Source of the DNA: an uncultured virus (IMG/VR IMGVR_UViG_3300029989_000017)
Taxonomy: Duplodnaviria; Heunggongvirae; Uroviricota; Caudoviricetes
Strand: one strand, 5' to 3'
DNA length: 20,000 nucleotides
Virus record (IMG/VR): IMGVR_UViG_3300029989_000017
Part shown: piece by piece, positions 6,962 to 14,086 of the stretch
Position numbering within the stretch: position 1 is the stretch's first letter
How the letters are laid out: every line of letters begins with the position of its first letter
Notes under the pieces: generated by a model
Told to the model about the DNA's origin: nothing
The model's input: the letters and a program-made list of their open reading frames with translations, nothing else
Database searches by the model: none
Translations under genes and position numbers: made by a program

Positions 6962-7147
6962 ATGAGACAGGTTATACACTACTGGGGCGAGTATTGGGGC
7001 GAAGACGGCGCGCGGCAGATCATGACCCCTGTGTTCATAAACAAAGCGGAGTTTGCGACGTACATGAGAGCCCACAAGGACCCCGCCATCAAGCTAATTT
7101 GGTGCCAAGATAAAACACCCGCGTTTCGCGGAAATTCAAGATTTTAA
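6962..7147 (+). CDS. 61-aa hypothetical protein
   Basis: GAGAGGAG RBS directly after the ribozyme. Confidence 0.75.
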   Translation: MRQVIHYWGEYWGEDGARQIMTPVFINKAEFATYMRAHKDPAIKLIWCQDKTPAFRGNSRF

Positions 7148-7157
7148 GGAGACCGTC

Positions 7158-7544
7158 ATGCAGAAAGAAGAGTTTGAGGCCCGCCTAGGCGTAGAGGTCA
7201 CCGGGAGCGTGTACGATAGAGTCGAGGCCCTGTATATGGCGGGACCCGACGACAAAGACACCTTCGTCACGAAGCTCAAGCGCAAGGGCACGGTCGTCGC
7301 GATACAGAATGAAATCATCCGCGAGCTCGAGAAAAAGATCGCCCGCACAGAGACCTACCTGACCGCGGCCAAGGCTCGGCACAGCGCGTCATACGAGCGC
7401 CCACAGGCCCAAGAGGCGCACCGTCGCGCAGAGGAAATCCTCGACAGCAACACCTATTACGGCAACAACCATTATCTCATGGGCCTCGAAGGGTCCGTCA
7501 CCTGCCAGTATGCGCTCGAATATTTGAGAGGAGAACAACTATGA
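7158..7544 (+). CDS. Hypothetical protein
   Basis: AAGGAG RBS; MQKEEFEARLG...YDRVEALYM...DKDTF. Confidence 0.8.
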   Translation: MQKEEFEARLGVEVTGSVYDRVEALYMAGPDDKDTFVTKLKRKGTVVAIQNEIIRELEKKIARTETYLTAAKARHSASYERPQAQEAHRRAEEILDSNTYYGNNHYLMGLEGSVTCQYALEYLRGEQL

Positions 7545-7852
7545 ACAAGATCAGACGCGCCGCCCTACAGGAGATCATCGACACCCTGACTAAACTGCGT
7601 AGCGCTCTCGACAATGGAGACGCCCTCTCCGACCTTCGCGGAGAGCTCGACAGCGTCCAAGCCGACGAGCAGGAGTCCTTCGACAATATGCCAGAGGGTA
7701 TACAGGCGAGCGAACAGGGGCAGGCATCAGAGTCCGCCGCGGAGGCCATAGAGTCCGCGTCTGGCTCTTTGGACGACGCGATGAGCTCGCTGTCTGAGGT
7801 CCTTGACTCAATCGACTCGGCTCTCGCCTCGATCGAGGAGGCGCAGGCATGA
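7541..7852 (+). CDS. Acidic helical/coiled-coil phage protein
   Basis: GAGAGGAG RBS; MNKIRRAAL...DEQESFDNMPEGIQASEQG. Confidence 0.8.
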   Translation: MNKIRRAALQEIIDTLTKLRSALDNGDALSDLRGELDSVQADEQESFDNMPEGIQASEQGQASESAAEAIESASGSLDDAMSSLSEVLDSIDSALASIEEAQA

Positions 7853-8151
7853 AGAGCAAATATTTACAGGACGTCATCTATCTGCACAAGCGTGTCCTTC
7901 CCGATGTGCCGCCAGAGCTCAAGACAATCTCCGAGGAGTGGACCAACAGGTCGAACGCGGGCCCCGACGAAGGCTCCCGTGTCCTCGGGGCGGGCTTCAT
8001 GTTCAAGTACAACAAGCAATGGTACTTCATGCCGCCCAACTGCCGCCATCAGGGCTCGGTGTCGTGGGAGCGCCACAGAGAGCCCATACACATGATGCTG
8101 TGTGGCATCGGCGCAACAGATATTCGATATGATTGGGGTGTTATGGCTTGA
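7849..8151 (+). CDS. Hypothetical protein
   Basis: GGAGG RBS; ATGA coupling; 100 aa. Confidence 0.8.
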   Translation: MKSKYLQDVIYLHKRVLPDVPPELKTISEEWTNRSNAGPDEGSRVLGAGFMFKYNKQWYFMPPNCRHQGSVSWERHREPIHMMLCGIGATDIRYDWGVMA

Positions 8152-8327
8152 GACACGTTTACCTGCCCGCCAACCAAATGCACGCGATCAGACTCGGCGA
8201 CCAAATCATCAGTATCAACGGCAAGAGCTTTTTTCAGTCCCGCGCAGAGCTCCTCGAGGCCTTGGCCGCGAAGGGCCTGACACTCAAAGACGGCGAGGTC
8301 GTCAAGAAGGAGGCAATCCATGTTTGA
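8148..8327 (+). CDS. Small hypothetical protein
   Basis: TTG start overlapping upstream TGA after GGGGTG; fills the gap; start uncertain. Confidence 0.6.
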   Translation: MRHVYLPANQMHAIRLGDQIISINGKSFFQSRAELLEALAAKGLTLKDGEVVKKEAIHV

Positions 8328-8595
8328 TTTTACAGAGGCCCGCAGTGCCTATTTTCCGCCGCGCGTCGACCGCGTCGAGTCCCTGAAGGTTGAGATCGCT
8401 GACCACTTCCCGATGATCTCACTCCGACCAAGCAACGCCGACGACACGTACACCCTCGCCGACCTCGGCGCTGTGCTTGAGGCCGCCGGGTACACTAAGG
8501 CCTTCGAGGCCGAGGAAGAGATCATCATACCGCAAGGTATGTTCAGACACGAGTGGGCGACCTACCCGAAGGGCTTTGTGGTGTACACGTTATGA
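8320..8595 (+). CDS. Hypothetical protein
   Basis: AAGGAGG RBS; 91 aa. Confidence 0.8.
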   Translation: MFDFTEARSAYFPPRVDRVESLKVEIADHFPMISLRPSNADDTYTLADLGAVLEAAGYTKAFEAEEEIIIPQGMFRHEWATYPKGFVVYTL

Positions 8596-8858
8596 GTAAA
8601 TGCCCGACACTGGCACTCGTGGGCTGTGAGGCCCTCAGAGAGCTCGCCCCAGTCATTGAATACTGCCGCCTGCTCTCTAGGCTCGTTTCTCCTGCGGATA
8701 CTCGGCGCTACGGCCTGCGCCACGACGGCGCGGTCTCTGATTTTCTCGGGGGTCTTAGCTGTGTTCTTGCGAAGGGCGAGATGCTTGACCTCGCTAACAA
8801 CGAATTTGACCGAGACCTGTATACCCGCATATGTGAGGACGTGAAGCATGAGCAGTAA
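8592..8858 (+). CDS. Hypothetical protein
   Basis: ATGA coupling at 8592; 88 aa. Confidence 0.65.
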   Translation: MSKCPTLALVGCEALRELAPVIEYCRLLSRLVSPADTRRYGLRHDGAVSDFLGGLSCVLAKGEMLDLANNEFDRDLYTRICEDVKHEQ

Positions 8859-9090
8859 GAGCGCACTTATCGTCGGCGCGGGCCTTAGTAACCTCTTGGC
8901 GGCCTCTGTGTTGTTTGCTACGGCCGCCAACCCCTACAGCTCTCAGCCCGTGCCAAAAACGCCCCTGAGCGTAGAGAGGGCCCGCTACGGCGGCCGAGTA
9001 GCCTGCCGTGTTTGTGGAGCCTGCGGCGTAACCCTGTACAAAGACGGCGACGACGCCTATATTTGCAAAAAATGTAAGGCCGAAAAATAG
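8848..9090 (+). CDS. Small protein with hydrophobic N-terminus and C-terminal CxxC/CxxC Zn finger
   Basis: GAGG RBS; ALIVGAGLSNLLAASVLFA; CRVCG...ICKKCK. Confidence 0.7.
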   Translation: MSSKSALIVGAGLSNLLAASVLFATAANPYSSQPVPKTPLSVERARYGGRVACRVCGACGVTLYKDGDDAYICKKCKAEK

Positions 9091-9096
9091 GGGGTC

Positions 9097-9316
9097 GGTA
9101 GCACTTGTCGCACTTGTCGCACTTTTTTCAACTCCCCTATACTACGTAGATACGTGTTTAGACCTGTGTTTTCCCCTTAATTCTCTATGTATGTTTTTAT
9201 ATAATAATGTGCTACCAGTGCTACCATACATAGAGGAAGGCCTGCAATCACTCAACTTTTTAGTGTCGCACTTGTGGTCGCACTTGCTAAAAAAGTGCTA
9301 CCAAGTGCGACCACAA
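9097..9316. repeat. Iteron-like repeat cluster, putative replication origin
   Basis: Nine copies of GT(C/A)GCAC(TT) in both orientations around an AT-rich tract; perfect inverted repeats 9183-9193/9225-9235 and 9272-9286/9302-9316; non-coding. Confidence 0.65.
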
Positions 9317-9341
9317 TAAAAACAGAATGGAGCTATTAAAA

Positions 9342-9545
9342 ATGGGACTCAAAGAGCTTAGACTGAAGGGTGGCTTTACCCTCCACAGCCTCGCCGACGC
9401 GTCGGGCGTCAATTTCATGAAAATTCATCAGATCGAGAAGGGTCAGCGCGATATGGAGAACATCACGCTGAAGACCTCGCTGAAACTCGCCAAGGCGCTG
9501 AAGTGTAGACCCGAGGACCTGATCGACAAGGAGCCCAAAGCGTGA
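9342..9545 (+). CDS. XRE-family HTH transcriptional regulator
   Basis: GGAG RBS before ATG 9342; LKELRLKGGFTLHSLADASGVNFMKIHQIEKGQR...TSLKLAKALKCRPEDL. Confidence 0.9.
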   Translation: MGLKELRLKGGFTLHSLADASGVNFMKIHQIEKGQRDMENITLKTSLKLAKALKCRPEDLIDKEPKA

Positions 9546-9817
9546 GGCGGGCGTTTTGGTATGCGTGGGCGCGGCTTCGCCTCCGATGGCTGTACAGAGG
9601 CGACCCGCCGAGCTACGAAGGCCCACAGAACGACAGTTGCCCGAACTGCTTCAGGAACCCGTACGACGATCAACCGTTCGAGGACGAGTTTGACAGGAGA
9701 AACCCACACCTAGGGTCCTTTAATCACAGCTATGGCTATGAGGGCGCGTACTCATGGACCGACCGTTTCAGGTGCCGACGTTGCGGGACAATATTTGAGG
9801 TTGACAACAGCGATTAA
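9542..9817 (+). CDS. Zn-ribbon hypothetical protein
   Basis: AAGGAG RBS, GTGA overlap; CPNC...FRCRRCGTIFE. Confidence 0.7.
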   Translation: MRRAFWYAWARLRLRWLYRGDPPSYEGPQNDSCPNCFRNPYDDQPFEDEFDRRNPHLGSFNHSYGYEGAYSWTDRFRCRRCGTIFEVDNSD

Positions 9818-9856
9818 TTGGCGCATACTGTCGACAACTCTCATATGTCTTCTCTC

Positions 9857-9903
9857 AACAAAGTGGCCCCTGCGGCGAAAATCCGCAGGGGCACTTTGTT
9901 TTT
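9857..9903 (+). terminator. Intrinsic terminator
   Basis: AACAAAGTG-GCCCCTGCGG / CCGCAGGGGC-ACTTTGTT stem followed by a T run. Confidence 0.75.
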
Positions 9904-9923
9904 AAACATGATAGGAGTGAATT

Positions 9924-10271
9924 ATGAACATAAACGAGAAACGCATATTAGACGGCAGGTACACCCTGCAACAGGCCACCCTAAACAAGCTATGCACCGA
10001 GCTCGGGCTCGTGGCCTTCCGCCCGAACTACCACGCGAAGACCAACGACTCCAACACGGTCCTGATCTACCGCCAAGCGGACGAAGCCTTCAATCTGACG
10101 CTCGAGCCGTGGGACTGGAAGAAGGCCAAGGACCCAGTTTTCGTCTTCGAGAACACCGACGCCAACGGGAAGTTCGACCTGAACTTCGCCAAGCGCGGGA
10201 GCATCGACCTCAAGCCTTTGGACATCGAGAGCGTGCTCAAAAAGGTCCTCAAGGCGGCAATTAAAAAGTGA
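9924..10271 (+). CDS. Hypothetical protein
   Basis: AGGAG RBS; 115 aa. Confidence 0.8.
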   Translation: MNINEKRILDGRYTLQQATLNKLCTELGLVAFRPNYHAKTNDSNTVLIYRQADEAFNLTLEPWDWKKAKDPVFVFENTDANGKFDLNFAKRGSIDLKPLDIESVLKKVLKAAIKK

Positions 10272-10278
10272 CCAAAGG

Positions 10279-10374
10279 CAAGAGGTAAAATTTGTGCATT
10301 TTACCTCTTGTATTATTTACTCAATGTAGTAAAATAGGTAGTATGAGAGACCCAATTGAGAGGAGATCACCACC
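10279..10374 (+). promoter_or_regulatory. Repeated promoter cassette P5 (variant palindrome)
   Basis: CAAGAGGTAAAAT-TTGTGC-ATTTTACCTCTTG, TTGTAT(10308)-16 bp-TAAAAT(10330), GAGAGGAG RBS. Confidence 0.85.
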
Positions 10375-10620
10375 ATGACAAAGAAAATGCAGAGCAACGG
10401 CTTCAAGTTCACAAGCCACGCCAACGGCACCATAAAGATCGACTACGAAAAATACGCCGCCACAGTCGGCGGCATCCCCTCCGCGGGAGAGTGGGTCTGG
10501 AACATGGCCCCCAACCACGACATCAGCCACATCGTGTGTGAGAAGCTCTGCGCGTGGTCAGGCATCAACATGATGGGCGAACTCATCAACGACAGGAGGC
10601 TAGAAAACGATGAAGACTAG
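10375..10620 (+). CDS. Hypothetical early protein
   Basis: ATG after cassette RBS; 81 aa. Confidence 0.8.
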   Translation: MTKKMQSNGFKFTSHANGTIKIDYEKYAATVGGIPSAGEWVWNMAPNHDISHIVCEKLCAWSGINMMGELINDRRLENDED

Positions 10621-10894
10621 ACTTGATTTACTCTGCGAGGCCTACAAACAGCTCAACTTACTCGAGGAGCACGACAGCCCCTCCGAGATCGCCCGCACTA
10701 TTGCCCAGTATAAGAAGGACCACGACCTCATCCCTTACAGCCGAATGTACATCGAGGTCGTCGACAATGCCATGTATATCAACAGCGTGTTCGTCGCCCG
10801 TATCGGCGCGAAGAAGGCCGCTTACAGCTCCAAAGAGCTTTACGAACAGGGCACCTACCACGAAAATAAATGCTTAGGGAGAGACGAGATATGA
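10610..10894 (+). CDS. Hypothetical protein
   Basis: AGGAGG RBS; 94 aa. Confidence 0.8.
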   Translation: MKTRLDLLCEAYKQLNLLEEHDSPSEIARTIAQYKKDHDLIPYSRMYIEVVDNAMYINSVFVARIGAKKAAYSSKELYEQGTYHENKCLGRDEI

Positions 10895-11115
10895 GCACAC
10901 TTAGAGAGGCCATTAAGGCCAACGGTCACGAGAACACGTTTATCACGATCATCATACTACGCGTCAAGGAAAACAAGCCCCTGATCAAGACCACCTACCA
11001 CTCGATGTATGGCCGAGAGCTCAACCCGATGCGCGCTGACGCGCCTGTGCTCTTCGAGTGCAAGCATGAATATATCGGCGGCGACTTTCTGCCCGCCTAC
11101 GGTATTCAGCTATGA
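10891..11115 (+). CDS. Hypothetical protein
   Basis: GGGAGA RBS; ATGA coupling at both ends; 74 aa. Confidence 0.7.
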   Translation: MSTLREAIKANGHENTFITIIILRVKENKPLIKTTYHSMYGRELNPMRADAPVLFECKHEYIGGDFLPAYGIQL

Positions 11116-11927
11116 TCGGCGCTATCATCGGAGACATCGTCGGCTCACGCTTCGAGTTTGACAACCACAGGAGCAAGAACTTCAAGCTGTTCGCCAAGAC
11201 CTGCTACTTCACCGACGACACGGTCATGACGCTCGCAGTCGCAAAGGCGCTCATGGCCGCCACGCGCTACGGGGCTAACATCGGCGAAGAGACCGTGAAG
11301 TGGATGCAGACGCTCGGCCGCAAGTATCCTAATCGCGGCTACGGCAGGGCGTTCAAAGAGTGGCTCCAAGCGGCAAAGCCCGAGCCCTACAACAGCTTCG
11401 GCAACGGCGCGGCCATGCGCGTCAGCCCCGCAGGAGAGGCCGCGCATGATCGTGGCGGCGCTGTTCGATTATCCGCGTCCGTAACAAAAGTCACACACGA
11501 CCACCCCGAGGGGCTGAAGGGCGCGGAGGCCGTGGCCGTGGCCATATGGCTCGCACGTTGGCGCAGTGAGACCAAGGGCCTAAGGCTGAGGCGGCGCTTC
11601 ACAAAAGAGGAGCTCCGCAAGCGGCTCAGCGAATATTATGACCTCAACTTCACCATCGACGAGATCAGGCCCACGTACAAATTCAACGAGACTTGTCAGG
11701 AGACCGTGCCGCAGGCGATCGAGGCCTTCCTCGAGTCCACATCATTCGAGGACGCCATACGTATCGCCATATCGGTCGGAGGCGACAGCGATACCCTAGC
11801 CGCGATCACAGGCTCGATCGCCGAGGCATACTACGGCGTGCGCGATGACTTCAAGGTCAAGGCCCTGTCCTATTTAGACCCCTACCTGCGCGACATCTAC
11901 TACGAATGGGAGGCGTTTGTGAAATGA
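11112..11927 (+). CDS. ADP-ribosylglycohydrolase (DraG/ARH family)
   Basis: GAIIGDIVGSRFEF, FTDDT, SFGNGAAMR, THDHPEG and GGDSDT motifs all present, including the metal-binding acidic residues. Confidence 0.95.
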   Translation: MIGAIIGDIVGSRFEFDNHRSKNFKLFAKTCYFTDDTVMTLAVAKALMAATRYGANIGEETVKWMQTLGRKYPNRGYGRAFKEWLQAAKPEPYNSFGNGAAMRVSPAGEAAHDRGGAVRLSASVTKVTHDHPEGLKGAEAVAVAIWLARWRSETKGLRLRRRFTKEELRKRLSEYYDLNFTIDEIRPTYKFNETCQETVPQAIEAFLESTSFEDAIRIAISVGGDSDTLAAITGSIAEAYYGVRDDFKVKALSYLDPYLRDIYYEWEAFVK

Positions 11928-12097
11928 AGGCTGTTATCGAATGCCCGCACTGCGCCGTACAGGTCAAGGTGCCCGTGTCTCACGAGCAGGCCCGCGAGCT
12001 CGTCAGGTGCCCGTTCTGCGGCCGCGAGTGCATCATCGACTACATCGTCACGATCAAGGTCAAGAGCACAATAAAATTCGAGGAGATGATCGTGTGA
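11924..12097 (+). CDS. 57-aa Zn-ribbon protein
   Basis: GGAGG RBS, ATGA overlap; CPHC...VRCPFCG. Confidence 0.75.
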   Translation: MKAVIECPHCAVQVKVPVSHEQARELVRCPFCGRECIIDYIVTIKVKSTIKFEEMIV

Positions 12098-12303
12098 TAC
12101 GCAAGTGTAAACACTGTGATGCCGCCGCCTACGTTCGCAAAGAGCGACAGTCACCTTCCCGGGGGCGCGGCAACGGATACTATCACCCGATACACAGTTT
12201 CTACGTGTGCTGTCCGCTCTGCTACCAGATGAGCACATGGTACAACTCCTCGCGCGCTCTAGCTATCGCGGACTGGAATAGAAAGCAAAAAATGCACAAT
12301 TAA
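12094..12303 (+). CDS. Lar-like (restriction alleviation family) Zn-binding protein
   Basis: GAGGAG RBS, GTGA overlap; CKHC...FYVCCPLC...ALAIADWNRK matches the Lar-family pattern CxxC...VxCxxC...AIxxWNxR. Confidence 0.7.
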   Translation: MIRKCKHCDAAAYVRKERQSPSRGRGNGYYHPIHSFYVCCPLCYQMSTWYNSSRALAIADWNRKQKMHN

Positions 12304-12388
12304 TTTTGTGCATTTTGCCTATTGACTTCTTTACTCAATGTAGTAAAATAGGTACTATGAGAGACCCACTACGAGAGGAGCAAACGCC
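12289..12388 (+). promoter_or_regulatory. Repeated promoter cassette P6
   Basis: AAAATGCACAA-TTAATT-TTGTGCATTTT, TTGACT(12322)-16 bp-TAAAAT(12344), GAGAGGAG RBS. Confidence 0.88.
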
Positions 12389-13216
12389 ATGAAGAAAAAA
12401 GAGTACGCGCCCTATAAAGAATACATCCGCACAGACAGGAATGGGACAAAGTATTACAACGAGCGCGTTGACTGCGGACGTTGCGGCGGAACAGGCTTTT
12501 ACGGACCGATTCAGGTTTTCAATGGTGAGTGCTTCGACTGTAATAAACGCGGATGGGTCATCGCCGAGACCAAAGAGTACACGCCTGAGCACCGCGCCAA
12601 ACTCGACGCCAAAGCCGAGGCCGCGAGAGCCAAGAAGACCGCCGAGCACCTCGCCCACATTCCCGCCGAGAACGCCGCTTTTATGTGGCGGAAGTTTGAA
12701 GGTCACGACCACATCTGCGCGATACTCGGCAAGACCTACGAGCTCAAGGACGAGCTCAAGGCCGAAGGGTGCTTTTACAGGGGTGAGTTTGACGGTTGGT
12801 GCGCCTACGAGACAAAGCGCCCCTGCGTCAAGGTCCCGGTCGACGATCTCATCGAGACGACCGACAGCGGGTGGGTCCGTCTGAGAGACGACGGCGCGGT
12901 GATCGTTCGGGCGCTCAAAGAGATCGCCGAGAAGGCACTCCGCCCCGTCAGCGAGCACGTCGGCAAGGTCGGCGAGAGAATCACCTGCGACATCGTGGTT
13001 GAGGACGTGTTCAGCTACAAGTGCAAGAGCTTCGCAGGTTACGGCATGGAGACCCGATACATCAACAAGTTTCGGACGGCCGACGGTAATATTCTCGTGT
13101 GGCAGACAAGCGCTCCCGCCGACGAGAAGGCCACAAAGATCACGGGCACGGTCAAGGCCCACGACGACTACAAAGGCGAAAAACAGACAACACTTCAGCG
13201 TTGCAAACTTGGATAA
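12389..13216 (+). CDS. Phage protein with N-terminal DnaJ-type Zn finger and probable C-terminal OB-fold
   Basis: CGRCGGTG...CFDCNKRG; C-terminal HVGKVGERI...DGNILVWQTS...ITGTVKAHDDYKGEKQTTLQRCK beta-rich domain. Confidence 0.75.
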   Translation: MKKKEYAPYKEYIRTDRNGTKYYNERVDCGRCGGTGFYGPIQVFNGECFDCNKRGWVIAETKEYTPEHRAKLDAKAEAARAKKTAEHLAHIPAENAAFMWRKFEGHDHICAILGKTYELKDELKAEGCFYRGEFDGWCAYETKRPCVKVPVDDLIETTDSGWVRLRDDGAVIVRALKEIAEKALRPVSEHVGKVGERITCDIVVEDVFSYKCKSFAGYGMETRYINKFRTADGNILVWQTSAPADEKATKITGTVKAHDDYKGEKQTTLQRCKLG

Positions 13217-13217
13217 T

Positions 13218-13255
13218 AAAAAGCCCCTCAACCAAACGGCTGAGGGGCTTTTCTT
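13218..13255. terminator. Bidirectional intrinsic terminator between convergent early and late operons
   Basis: AAAAGCCCCTCA / TGAGGGGCTTTT stem with A and T tails on either side. Confidence 0.9.
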
Positions 13256-14086
13256 CTATATTCCTTGGATTAGATTGATCTGCATGATGCTCGTGTTGAC
13301 GTGCGCGTAGGCCTCGGAGCCGTGTATGCCTGCAATGTGCCCGCCGTCGAGCATTATCGCCTTCTCGAAGCCCACAGCCTTGGCGTAGGCATTGACCTGA
13401 GGACCCGACATACTGCGGCAGAGAACCAAGTAAAACAGCCCCGCCTTGTAGCCAATCACGGAGTGGTCGGTCGTCCTGAGCACGTCGCTGAACGCGCCAC
13501 GGAACCCTTCGGTCGATGGGGCGTAGAGGCCGAGGAGCCCGAGGCCGCCGACGGCCCATGAGAGGTCGGGCGGGAGCTCTGAGACATTCTTCGCACGTAC
13601 GACGCCGACGACACCTGCTTTGGTCCTGTACAGCGTCGATTCAGGACAGCCCTGATCGGAGTGGCAGGCCGTCGGGCAAATAACCTTGCCGCCCGCGACG
13701 CAAATTGCAACGGGCAGGCCTTGGACCGAACCGTCGGGCATTTTAAAATACCCGAAGAAACTGCCGTTTAGGCTGTTCGCGTAGGCGCTCAAGCCTCTGC
13801 GCGGCGTTGGGACCACGAGGAGGTCGTTGGCCATGATAGCGGGCATCCCGTTGAGCTTCGTCGTCCTAGGGAGCGTCGAGGAGGGCGCAGGTGCAAGGAG
13901 CGCCCACGTCATCGGCCCAACGATGCCATCAGGAGTTAGCCCATTGGCGCTTTGAAAAGCCTTGACCTCTAGGAGCGTGTGGGGCCCAAAAGCCCCGTCA
14001 GGGGAGCAGGCGAAGCCGTGAGCCGTGAGCCGGGTCTGTAGGACCACGACGTCAGCGCCCGAGGACCCTAAGCGTAGTGTGGTCAT
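13256..14086 (-). CDS. Peptidoglycan-binding domain plus phosphodiester glycosidase (NAGPA-like) protein
   Basis: ATG 14086 overlaps upstream TGA. TLRLGSSGADVVVLQTRL...DGAFGPHT...VKAFQSANGLTPDGIVGPMTW (PG_binding_1); LNGSFF, AVGGLGLL, HSVIGY, AIMLDGG (phosphodiester glycosidase family). Confidence 0.8.
   Translation of the reverse strand: MTTLRLGSSGADVVVLQTRLTAHGFACSPDGAFGPHTLLEVKAFQSANGLTPDGIVGPMTWALLAPAPSSTLPRTTKLNGMPAIMANDLLVVPTPRRGLSAYANSLNGSFFGYFKMPDGSVQGLPVAICVAGGKVICPTACHSDQGCPESTLYRTKAGVVGVVRAKNVSELPPDLSWAVGGLGLLGLYAPSTEGFRGAFSDVLRTTDHSVIGYKAGLFYLVLCRSMSGPQVNAYAKAVGFEKAIMLDGGHIAGIHGSEAYAHVNTSIMQINLIQGI

Noticed and set aside
8848..8910. ALIVGAGLS as a Rossmann FAD-binding motif
   Set aside because: The protein is only 80 aa, the third Gly of GxGxxG is missing, and the rest is a Zn finger.
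1..12388. CRISPR array or cas locus (Cas4-like gene plus repeats)
   Set aside because: The repeats are separated by 1-4 kb of coding sequence, not 30-40 nt spacers, and DUF2800 is a standard phage replication-module nuclease.
3425..12388. Integron attC cassette array
   Set aside because: No RYYYAAC...GTTRRRY boxes, no integrase in the window, and the repeats carry their own promoters.
12335..13231. 298-aa minus-strand ORF, and similar antisense ORFs such as 2747..3448 and 89..472
   Set aside because: Shadows of well-supported genes on the other strand in GC-rich DNA with few stop codons.
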